This document shows, piece after piece, positions 1-6,169 of a DNA stretch of 20,000 nucleotides; the first letter of the stretch is position 1, and every line of letters begins with the position of its first letter. Location: IMG/VR virus record IMGVR_UViG_3300042465_003139; one strand, 5' to 3'. This DNA is from an uncultured virus (IMG/VR IMGVR_UViG_3300042465_003139). Its lineage: Duplodnaviria > Heunggongvirae > Uroviricota > Caudoviricetes. Below the pieces are notes generated by a model. It saw nothing but the letters and a program-made list of their open reading frames with translations. It was not told where the DNA came from and searched no databases. The position numbers were made by a program, and so were the translations under genes.

Positions 1-2
1 AT

Positions 3-347
3 AAATTCCTAAAAGAACATATAATTAAGGGGGATAGAAGCGATGGTATTCCTAATTTTCTTAGTGGTGATGATTGCTTTGTTACTGAAAGTCGGCAGAA
101 ACCTGTAACTGAGAAAAAACTAAATAACTGGATGGATCAAGAACCTGAGGCTTTTTGTGACGAAAACATGCTGAGAAACTATCGAAGAAATGAGATGTTG
201 ATCGACTTGTCCAAAATTCCTGAGGAATATAAGCAAAACATTCTAGATACATATAAGAACGCTAAACAAAACGGTAGAGAGAAGATTTTCGACTACTTAA
301 TTAAACACCGCATGAAAATGCTTATGGAACACATTCAGGAATTTTAA
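3..347 (+). CDS. rnh: T4-type RNase H / 5'-3' exonuclease, C-terminal part (truncated at window start)
   Basis: Frame is open upstream of the listed ORF and reads LKEHIIKGDRSDGIPNFLSGDD...RQKP...RNYRRNEMLIDLSKIPEE; the GDxxDGIP and RNxxLIDL motifs are typical of T4 RNase H. Confidence 0.9.
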   Translation, partial: KFLKEHIIKGDRSDGIPNFLSGDDCFVTESRQKPVTEKKLNNWMDQEPEAFCDENMLRNYRRNEMLIDLSKIPEEYKQNILDTYKNAKQNGREKIFDYLIKHRMKMLMEHIQEF

Positions 348-349
348 AT

Positions 350-796
350 ATGGCTATTGATATTGGTAAGATGACTATACCGGAGATTTTAAAACATGTC
401 TCCGATTTACCTGCCCCTAAAAGGTCAGGCGCTTTGACACAAATTGCAAATCTACGCAAAGAGGTTAAAGTATTGATGTGGTATGCTTTTCGCAAAGATG
501 TGACTTTTGATTTACCTGAGGGTTCACCCCCATACAAGGAAATGGAAGTTCCCGCAAATATGGGATTGAATCGCCTACCTTCCGAAATTCGGAAACTAGA
601 ATACTTGCTACCAGCATCAAATCTGAATAGAATCAGAAAAGAAAAAATCTTTATTGAGATTCTGGAAGCAGTATCACCTGAAGAAGCAAAACTTGTTATT
701 CAGGTGAAAGACAAGAAGTTGTCATATAAAGGCATCAACCGTAAGTTGGTAGAAGAAGCACTACCAGAAGTTTTTCTAGGAGAACCTAATTCATAA
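350..796 (+). CDS. Conserved hypothetical protein of T4-like phages, downstream of rnh
   Basis: 148 aa ORF with FDLPEGSPPY and RKEKIFIEILEAVSPEEAKLVIQVKDK motifs, recalled from T4-like phage proteins at this position. Confidence 0.75.
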   Translation: MAIDIGKMTIPEILKHVSDLPAPKRSGALTQIANLRKEVKVLMWYAFRKDVTFDLPEGSPPYKEMEVPANMGLNRLPSEIRKLEYLLPASNLNRIRKEKIFIEILEAVSPEEAKLVIQVKDKKLSYKGINRKLVEEALPEVFLGEPNS

Positions 797-800
797 CGCT

Positions 801-986
801 ATGGCTAAGACTAAAAAATATAACAGTTTTCGCGAATTTTACGAAGACGAAGATCGTCCGCGAAAGAAAGTAAAGCAGGTAAGTGAATCCCAAAAGAAAA
901 AAGATAAGATGAAGAAGCAATTTAAGTTTCTTGATCCGAAAAATATAAGGGAAGAGGACTTTGATGAATTCGAAGATTACCAATAG
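801..986 (+). CDS. Hypothetical highly charged protein
   Basis: 61 aa, tightly packed after the previous gene. Confidence 0.65.
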   Translation: MAKTKKYNSFREFYEDEDRPRKKVKQVSESQKKKDKMKKQFKFLDPKNIREEDFDEFEDYQ

Positions 987-1227
987 AGACTATGACGGAC
1001 TCACTCAAAGAGACTTAGACAATTTAAAGTTTCTGATCAACGCATCCAAAGCCACAATCAGGAAGTGGATGTCAGTTGTTGACGAAGATGATATACATTA
1101 TGCACTAGAGTTAATGGCAATGTACCATTTACGTATGTGTGATGCCGCGGTAGAAGATTCTGACCTGAAAGAGGCTAGAAAACAACTATCCAAAATCGGC
1201 ATTCATACTACAAACACCGATATCTGA
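961..1227 (+). CDS. Hypothetical protein
   Basis: 88 aa ORF, GAGG SD near 953, followed by a terminator. Confidence 0.65.
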   Translation: MMNSKITNRDYDGLTQRDLDNLKFLINASKATIRKWMSVVDEDDIHYALELMAMYHLRMCDAAVEDSDLKEARKQLSKIGIHTTNTDI

Positions 1228-1245
1228 CACTAATTTAGACACCCC

Positions 1246-1270
1246 AAACCGCCCTCTAGGCGGTTTTCTC
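1246..1270 (+). terminator. Rho-independent terminator
   Basis: AAACCGCC-ctcta-GGCGGTTT hairpin ending in a T-rich tail. Confidence 0.7.
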
Positions 1271-1329
1271 GTTGGATTGACACTCTGACACTCACCCCCT
1301 AGCAAAAACCGCCCAAAACCGCCCTAAAG

Positions 1330-1411
1330 CGTTGTTTTTTTGCAACATACTGTGTTGTTTTTACCCAACATTGAAAATAACCCTTGACATACCCTCCGAA
1401 TCGTGTAGAAT
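1330..1411 (+). promoter_or_regulatory. Sigma70-type promoter with two upstream TGTTG-N8-CAACA boxes
   Basis: TTGACA 1384-1389, 16 nt, TAGAAT 1406-1411; boxes at 1330-1347 and 1353-1370. Confidence 0.75.
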
Positions 1412-1441
1412 AGACTCTGTTGATTGAGAAACACGGAGAAA

Positions 1442-1780
1442 ATGATGATGAACGAAGCCCTCGAAACCTTGAAGAATGACATTGTTGCTGACTATGAAGG
1501 TTGGCAAACGTTAAGCGGTAAACCTCGCACCGAGATTCAAGCCCGTATGCTTGATGAGTTTATCAATGGCATTCGTATTGATGAAGGTAGCAAGTATATC
1601 AAAGTTGTTACTGGTTCTTCCGTTTGGGGTTTTATTGTGAAGACTGATACGGACAAGAAATTCCGTAAAGGCGACATTCTGAAAGCGGCTGGTTGGGCGG
1701 CTCCTGCACGTAACGCGGCTCGCGGTAACATTCTGGATGGTGGCTACACCGTTCGTTGGACTGGTCCTCTGTATCTGTGA
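1442..1780 (+). CDS. Conserved phage hypothetical protein (GDILKAAGWAAPA motif)
   Basis: GGAG SD at 1435, ATG 1442; motifs KYIKV, SVWGFI and GDILKAAGWAAPARNAARGNI recalled from phage early proteins. Confidence 0.8.
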   Translation: MMMNEALETLKNDIVADYEGWQTLSGKPRTEIQARMLDEFINGIRIDEGSKYIKVVTGSSVWGFIVKTDTDKKFRKGDILKAAGWAAPARNAARGNILDGGYTVRWTGPLYL

Positions 1781-1788
1781 AAAAAGAC

Positions 1789-1817
1789 TTGACAGGTACT
1801 TGGATTGTTGATATAAT
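1789..1817 (+). promoter_or_regulatory. Sigma70 consensus promoter
   Basis: TTGACA-17 nt-TATAAT in an intergenic position. Confidence 0.75.
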
Positions 1818-1846
1818 GGTTGTGTTGAAATTGAGAAAGGCAAGTT

Positions 1847-2080
1847 ATGTCCGCTAAAGAAATTGCAATGTTCGGTATGACAAAAGAAGATATTCGTGAA
1901 GACTACATGGAAGGGCTGACTGCAAAGTTGTCCGGTCTTGAAATGGTCGTAGCAGGTATTCTTTCTGACTGCCAAGAGTTGACTGCAATGGGTCGAGCCG
2001 AAGATGTTCGCAAGCAATTAAATGTTGCGAAGTTTATTCTGTTCGAAATGATGGACGCAAAAAGCACGGAGACTGTATAA
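1847..2080 (+). CDS. Hypothetical protein
   Basis: 77 aa, AAGG SD, stop overlaps next start (TAATG). Confidence 0.75.
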   Translation: MSAKEIAMFGMTKEDIREDYMEGLTAKLSGLEMVVAGILSDCQELTAMGRAEDVRKQLNVAKFILFEMMDAKSTETV

Positions 2081-2427
2081 TGGTTATGCTTGTTATTCGC
2101 ACCCAATATCACGAAAATTATGGCGCACATGATTGGGATGGTACAGGTGAATGCCCTCAGTATTGGAAAGCAAAAGGCGGTTCCGAGTATAAGATACTTG
2201 ACGTTCCTCTTAACATAGACTATAATGAGTTTGTGAAGTTTGCTTTGACCGGTATTGAAACTGATACGGATTACTCAAGTGAATACATGGTTGATTGGTC
2301 TGTGGAAAGTGATGATTACCTTTCATGGTTTGAGAGGTCTCAGTTACAGTTTGATGGTGCTATCACTAGCAAAGAACCAGCAATGACGTATCAACAAGTT
2401 TTGGATAAACAAAGGGAACTAGCATGA
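2080..2427 (+). CDS. Conserved phage hypothetical protein
   Basis: TQYHENYGAHDWDGTGECPQYWKAKGG motif; translationally coupled to both neighbours. Confidence 0.8.
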   Translation: MVMLVIRTQYHENYGAHDWDGTGECPQYWKAKGGSEYKILDVPLNIDYNEFVKFALTGIETDTDYSSEYMVDWSVESDDYLSWFERSQLQFDGAITSKEPAMTYQQVLDKQRELA

Positions 2428-2666
2428 GTAAAATGTCTGAAGTTATGATTGATATTGAGGAAATGTATATCGCAGGATATACCGCTACCGAAATTCGTGA
2501 TTTGAAGGGATGGCCAATGCGTTGGATCGAAGAGGTTATCAATTCAATTGAATATGATGACTCTGGTTATGACGATTCAATGGACGGTGATGCACAATCG
2601 GCACTTGCATCGGCAGGTTGGGGTACCGATGAAGACTATGGTGGTTCGGTGGATGATTCATTCTGA
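2424..2666 (+). CDS. Hypothetical acidic protein
   Basis: C-terminal DSMDGDAQSALASAGWGTDEDYG motif recalled from phage proteins; ATGA overlap. Confidence 0.75.
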   Translation: MSKMSEVMIDIEEMYIAGYTATEIRDLKGWPMRWIEEVINSIEYDDSGYDDSMDGDAQSALASAGWGTDEDYGGSVDDSF

Positions 2667-3312
2667 AAAAGATTTTTATAGTGAGATCGAAAGACTAAAA
2701 CTGCGCCAATCTGTTCTCGCACTCAAGCGAAAATGGACAATGGTAACTGGTCAAGATGCAATTGGATATTCTCCTGCGAAGAAAACTTTTTTCTACACTC
2801 TAGGCGATTCTCTGTATGAAATGGAATCGAACGATAAGAAAGAGGAAGATATCAATCGGGATACGCAAAAAATTCTGTTGAAGGAATTCAAATGGATTTA
2901 TGATCGTATCTTCAAACGAATTGAAGACTTGACAGGCAAGAAGGTTAAGTTGTATAATGGGCTTACGGTTCCAGGATTTCATATCAGTAAAGTGCCAATA
3001 CAATATTCACCCTCATACTATCATCAAGATCGAAGTATACTTTTGTATCGACCTGATGTAGATATGAATACGGTGCATTCTGTATTGTTACTTATAGAGA
3101 AACCGAAGAATGGTGCGTGGTTGGATTATCTAGATGATGCTGGCAACAAGTGTGTCAAAAATTATCACTACGGACAATTCAACATGTGGAAATCAACAAT
3201 GTTGCATAAGATCGGTGGGTTTTATACATTGCCGGATGAACATAGAATTACTTTGCAATGTCACTACTGTACCGATCCGAATGACAACAAAACGATTATG
3301 GTGTATTTCTGA
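2653..3312 (+). CDS. Putative 2OG-Fe(II) oxygenase
   Basis: HxD (YYHQD), distal H (MLHKIG) and RITLQ pattern match a DSBH Fe(II)/2-oxoglutarate site; start set at ATG 2653 to limit overlap. Confidence 0.6.
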   Translation: MIHSEKDFYSEIERLKLRQSVLALKRKWTMVTGQDAIGYSPAKKTFFYTLGDSLYEMESNDKKEEDINRDTQKILLKEFKWIYDRIFKRIEDLTGKKVKLYNGLTVPGFHISKVPIQYSPSYYHQDRSILLYRPDVDMNTVHSVLLLIEKPKNGAWLDYLDDAGNKCVKNYHYGQFNMWKSTMLHKIGGFYTLPDEHRITLQCHYCTDPNDNKTIMVYF

Positions 3313-3611
3313 TGATGTATTTTGATGGAATGGGTCCTAGGCAATCGATTGCCACAGAGATTTTAGACACCGTGAGATTCGGTGCGCTAGATCGAATCAA
3401 AGGCGCAAATGGTTACCGCAAGCAAAAACTTGACAAAGGTGATGCATATGTGATACCATTTGGGTTATCAAAAGATTGTTATGGTGCAGTCCTAGTGAAA
3501 GCACCTAAGAATGTAGAAGTGCAGTATAGGATTAATGGTAAGAAGTTTATAAAGAGTTTTCGCTATGCGAGTGAAGTGAAAAGTTTCTTAGTGAAACAAT
3601 TCATTCAATGA
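3312..3611 (+). CDS. Hypothetical protein
   Basis: 99 aa, TGATG coupling with the upstream gene. Confidence 0.65.
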   Translation: MMYFDGMGPRQSIATEILDTVRFGALDRIKGANGYRKQKLDKGDAYVIPFGLSKDCYGAVLVKAPKNVEVQYRINGKKFIKSFRYASEVKSFLVKQFIQ

Positions 3612-3707
3612 TCAGAATGGGGAACTTGCCAATTGGACTTCAATGGCTCAGTTTTAAACAACAGCAGACTATTGTGAAATAGACAACCGTGCCCCTTAAT
3701 AAAAAAC

Positions 3708-3736
3708 TTGAAAAAAACTTTTGATTGTGATATAAT
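3708..3736 (+). promoter_or_regulatory. Sigma70-like promoter for the MazG-like gene and leader peptide
   Basis: TTGAAA-17 nt-TATAAT. Confidence 0.55.
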
Positions 3737-3758
3737 TGTAGTGTTCAAAGGATATATA

Positions 3759-4040
3759 ATGAATGAGAAACAAAAAGAGATTCTTAGGATCACACAGGAA
3801 GAATGTGCAGAGGTGATTCAAGCAATCAGTAAGATTTTTCGATTTGGTATTGATGAAATGTATCTAGATCAAACCAATCGTCAAAGGCTTGCAGGAGAAC
3901 TTGGTGACTTACAATGTATGATTACATTGTTGAAACAACATAATGTTGTAGATGACTCAGAAATTTTTAAAGCAGAACTAAACAAACGTAATAGACTGAC
4001 ACAATGGTCAGATATTTTTAAGGAAGACAAACTTCAATGA
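3759..4040 (+). CDS. MazG-like NTP pyrophosphohydrolase
   Basis: AAGGA SD; EECAEVIQAISK...ELGDL matches the all-alpha NTP-PPase (MazG) EExxE/ExxD motif. Confidence 0.8.
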   Translation: MNEKQKEILRITQEECAEVIQAISKIFRFGIDEMYLDQTNRQRLAGELGDLQCMITLLKQHNVVDDSEIFKAELNKRNRLTQWSDIFKEDKLQ

Positions 4041-4156
4041 AGCAATTATCGAAACTCTCATATAGAAACACAATGCCAGCGTCATGCAATTGGCAGGGTG
4101 TATCTCGCTTTGAGATTGCCGATAGCCACACACCTGGAATGGGGGCTTGTACCTGA
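4037..4156 (+). CDS. Putative attenuator leader peptide (39 aa, all 20 amino acids)
   Basis: MKQLSKLSYRNTMPASCNWQGVSRFEIADSHTPGMGACT*; ATGA overlap with the MazG-like stop; last codons overlap the antiterminator strand. Confidence 0.65.
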   Translation: MKQLSKLSYRNTMPASCNWQGVSRFEIADSHTPGMGACT

Positions 4157-4218
4157 GGACTAAAAAGTCCAACTGAATACAAAGACAAGCCCCCTAGCGT
4201 AAAAACTAGGGGGTTTTT
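4141..4218 (+). terminator. Attenuator: mutually exclusive antiterminator and intrinsic terminator
   Basis: GGGGGCTTGT (4141-4150) is perfectly complementary to ACAAGCCCCC (4185-4194), which overlaps terminator stem CCCCCTAG (4190-4197)/CTAGGGGG (4206-4213) followed by TTTTT. Confidence 0.8.
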
Positions 4219-4223
4219 CTTTG

Positions 4224-4295
4224 TGTTGCTAGAAAACAACGAAGTGAAAAAAATTTCAAAAAGTTGTTGACAACAACCAAGATGCGTGTTAAGAT
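4224..4295 (+). promoter_or_regulatory. tRNA array promoter with upstream TGTTG-N8-CAAC box
   Basis: Box 4224-4241; TTGACA 4267-4272, 17 nt, TAAGAT 4290-4295. Confidence 0.7.
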
Positions 4296-4304
4296 ACGTA
4301 TCTA

Positions 4305-4334
4305 GACTGAAAAATCAGTCACCGCTCTTTAAAA
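4305..4334 (+). promoter_or_regulatory. rrn-like boxB/boxA antitermination signal
   Basis: GACTGA-aaaa-TCAGTC hairpin then CGCTCTTTAAAA, resembling rrn boxA TGCTCTTTAACA. Confidence 0.6.
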
Positions 4335-4350
4335 ATTTGTCTGTCAATTT

Positions 4351-4425
4351 GCACCGTTCGTCTATCGGTTAGGACGTTGCCCTTTCAAGGCGAAAAGACC
4401 AGTTCGATTCTGGTACGGTGTACCA
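4351..4425 (+). tRNA. tRNA-Glu(TTC)
   Basis: Cloverleaf, anticodon loop CTTTCAA, T-loop TTCGATT, encoded CCA. Confidence 0.92.
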
Positions 4426-4608
4426 TTAATAAACATACTGCCCAGTACCGTTGCGGATGGAAGTAAGTCAAACCAATGGGGTAACCCATTAACAATGTTT
4501 GCATTCCAGAGTTAAGTCTCAAGTCCAAGGAATACGTGATAACAAAAGTGAGCAGAGCAAATGCAATATCTTAGGAAGGGATTTGCCAGTATGTTTATTA
4601 ATGGTACA
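4419..4608 (+). ncRNA. Putative structured ncRNA closed by a 22-bp perfect inverted repeat
   Basis: TGTACCATTAATAAACATACTG (4419-4440) pairs with CAGTATGTTTATTAATGGTACA (4587-4608); no credible ORF inside. Confidence 0.55.
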
Positions 4609-4616
4609 AAATTATT

Positions 4617-4763
4617 ATTTGTTTAGTGTTATCAAGGTATCGTCATAGGACGCTATGACTACGCGACAGTAAGGGTGCGACCGAAACTGTCTGATATAAC
4701 TGCTATTCGCTTGCCAGTGCTTGCAACATTGTTGGCAAATAGGCGCGATAACACTAAACAAAT
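4617..4763 (+). ncRNA. Putative structured ncRNA closed by a 17-bp perfect inverted repeat
   Basis: ATTTGTTTAGTGTTATC/GATAACACTAAACAAAT; internal hairpins GTCATAG/CTATGAC, GACAGT/ACTGTC and TTGCCA/TGGCAA. Confidence 0.55.
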
Positions 4764-4769
4764 CATAAT

Positions 4770-4844
4770 GGGGGTGTAGTGCTAATGGGAACACATCTGG
4801 TTTGCAACCAGAAATTGAGAGTTCGATTCTCTCCACCTCCACCA
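4770..4844 (+). tRNA. tRNA-Ala(TGC)
   Basis: Cloverleaf, loop TTTGCAA, G3:U70 pair, CCA. Confidence 0.92.
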
Positions 4845-4866
4845 AAACATTTTTAAGGAGAAAGTA

Positions 4867-4998
4867 ATGAAGCGAAAACAGATCGCTAAGAAACGTAACC
4901 CGTTCGTTATCTTGGCGTTATTTAAAAAAGCGGGAGCGCACCGCAAGTCTAACAAGGCATTGCGAAAGGCGCAAAAGCAAACACCTTTGGGGGTATAA
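4867..4998 (+). CDS. Small basic protein (43 aa) whose stop codon lies inside tRNA-Lys
   Basis: AAGGAG SD 4855-4860; MKRKQIAKKRNPFVILALFKKAGAHRKSNKALRKAQKQTPLGV*. Confidence 0.65.
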   Translation: MKRKQIAKKRNPFVILALFKKAGAHRKSNKALRKAQKQTPLGV

Positions 4999-5063
4999 CT
5001 TAACGGCTAAAGTAGTAGGCTTTTAACCTATTAATCAGAGTTCGATTCTCTGTGCCCCTACCA
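4989..5063 (+). tRNA. tRNA-Lys(TTT)
   Basis: Cloverleaf, loop CTTTTAA, CCA. Confidence 0.9.
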
Positions 5064-5149
5064 TATAAAAACACATTACGAACAGTATCGCTTTTTAGCA
5101 AAGCCTGTGCCAAAGTAGTCAGTCTAGGATAGTGTGTTTCTATATGGTA
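5059..5149 (+). ncRNA. Putative long-stem ncRNA
   Basis: TACCATATAAAAACACATTA pairs with TAGTGTGTTTCTATATGGTA (about 20 bp, imperfect). Confidence 0.45.
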
Positions 5150-5156
5150 TTAGTAT

Positions 5157-5245
5157 GGGTCTTGCCCCTTTCAGCGGACTGTAAATCCGTCGGCTTTGTT
5201 ACGAAAGGAAGTTGCCACGTGGAGCGTTACCATCAAGACCCACCA
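5157..5245 (+). tRNA. Atypical tRNA-Tyr(GTA)-like RNA lacking a D-arm
   Basis: 8-bp acceptor GGGTCTTG/CAAGACCC plus ACCA; anticodon arm GCGGA-CTGTAAA-TCCGT; long variable region; 4-bp T-stem with loop AGCGTTA. Confidence 0.65.
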
Positions 5246-5368
5246 ATTCGCACCGTCAGGTGTGTCAATCCAGCAAAAGGTGCTGGCGTGTAGAATACGG
5301 CGCATCAACGATGTTGCTTTCGGTATCCGCGTAAGAGATACGGCTAAAGTTCGTAATGCCAAATATTA

Positions 5369-5443
5369 GGTCTTGAAGTGTTCATGGACGCACGTAGGCT
5401 TGTCACGCCTAAAGACGGGGATCGTTACCCCGCAGGACCGCCA
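5369..5443 (+). tRNA. tRNA-Asp(GTC)
   Basis: Cloverleaf, loop TTGTCAC, G73, CCA; non-canonical T-loop ATCGTTA. Confidence 0.88.
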
Positions 5444-5448
5444 AATGA

Positions 5449-5524
5449 CGCGGTGTATGGAAGTGGTCATCCGTTTGGTCTCATAAGCCAAGAATCGCAG
5501 GTTCGAATCCTGCCACCGCAACCA
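5449..5524 (+). tRNA. tRNA-fMet(CAT), initiator-like
   Basis: C1:A72 mismatch, loop CTCATAA, CCA. Confidence 0.88.
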
Positions 5525-5529
5525 GTTTT

Positions 5530-5586
5530 AGGATACATTCAGCAAATACAAAAACTTTACTGGAAATAAAGCAAAAGCGTATCCTG
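5530..5586 (+). ncRNA. CAGCAA-motif RNA copy 1 (cargo: anticodon stem-loop, GGA)
   Basis: AGGATAC/GTATCCT stem, ATTCAGCAA, CTTTA-CTGGAAA-TAAAG. Confidence 0.7.
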
Positions 5587-5596
5587 TTATTTTTAT

Positions 5597-5671
5597 TCCA
5601 CAGTAGCACAGCGGTAGTGCAGTTGACTGTTAATCAATTGGTCGTAGGTTCGATCCCTGCCTGTGGAGCCA
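5597..5671 (+). tRNA. tRNA-Asn(GTT)
   Basis: Cloverleaf, loop CTGTTAA, G73, CCA. Confidence 0.93.
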
Positions 5672-5679
5672 TATTTAAA

Positions 5680-5755
5680 GGTGATGTAGTTCAGTTGGTA
5701 GAACACCTCCTTCATACGGAGACTGTCGGGAGTTCGAATCTCTCTATCACCACCA
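5680..5755 (+). tRNA. tRNA with CAT anticodon (elongator Met or Ile2)
   Basis: Cloverleaf, loop TTCATAC, CCA; Met versus lysidine-modified Ile cannot be resolved by eye. Confidence 0.85.
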
Positions 5756-5757
5756 AT

Positions 5758-5832
5758 GGAGTCGTTAGTTTAGTGGCAAAACCGCGGGTTGTGATTCCGC
5801 TATCATGGGTTCGATTCCCATACTTCTCCCCA
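5758..5832 (+). tRNA. tRNA-His(GTG)
   Basis: G-1:C73, loop TTGTGAT, CCA; two acceptor stem mismatches. Confidence 0.85.
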
Positions 5833-5833
5833 T

Positions 5834-5909
5834 GCCACTTGAGCAAGTGTGGTCATTGCGGCGGACTGAAAATCCGTAGAAGTCGGTTCGATTCCGACAG
5901 GTGGTACCA
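5834..5909 (+). tRNA. tRNA-Phe(GAA)
   Basis: Cloverleaf, loop CTGAAAA, CCA. Confidence 0.9.
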
Positions 5910-5919
5910 AAGTAATTAT

Positions 5920-5994
5920 ACCGGATTAACTCAGCGGTAGAGTAATCGCTTGATAAGCGATAAGCCATTGGTTCGATCCCAATATCCGGTACCA
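5920..5994 (+). tRNA. tRNA-Ile(GAT)
   Basis: Cloverleaf, loop TTGATAA, CCA. Confidence 0.9.
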
Positions 5995-6005
5995 ACAAAT
6001 TTATA

Positions 6006-6082
6006 GCCCTGGTGACGGAATTGGTATACGTGTCAGTCTTAGAAACTGAATTTTAGGAGTTCGAGTCTCCTCTAGGGCACCA
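6006..6082 (+). tRNA. tRNA-Leu(TAG) with short variable loop
   Basis: Loop CTTAGAA, Leu-type D-arm, 5-nt variable loop, CCA. Confidence 0.88.
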
Positions 6083-6088
6083 ATTAAT

Positions 6089-6163
6089 ACCCGATTAGTG
6101 AAATGAATATCACACCTTGCTACGAACGAGGAGTTGGGAGTTTGATTCTCTCATTGGGTGCCA
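6089..6163 (+). tRNA. tRNA-Arg(ACG)
   Basis: Loop CTACGAA, T-loop TTTGATT, CCA. Confidence 0.85.
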
Positions 6164-6169
6164 AATTGT

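Noticed and set aside
1224..1324. Short direct repeats (TGACACT x3, AAACCGCCC x3) as origin iterons
   Set aside because: Few and irregular, one copy is part of the terminator; insufficient evidence.
1511..2017. 168 aa minus-strand ORF
   Set aside because: Antisense shadow across two + genes and a promoter.
2929..2958. TTGACA-18 nt-TATAAT inside the oxygenase gene
   Set aside because: May be an internal promoter, but the spacer is suboptimal and it lies in coding sequence; not supportable without start-site data.
4660..4700. Hammerhead ribozyme (CGAAAC and CTGATA nearby)
   Set aside because: The CTGANGA core is not matched and stem order does not fit.
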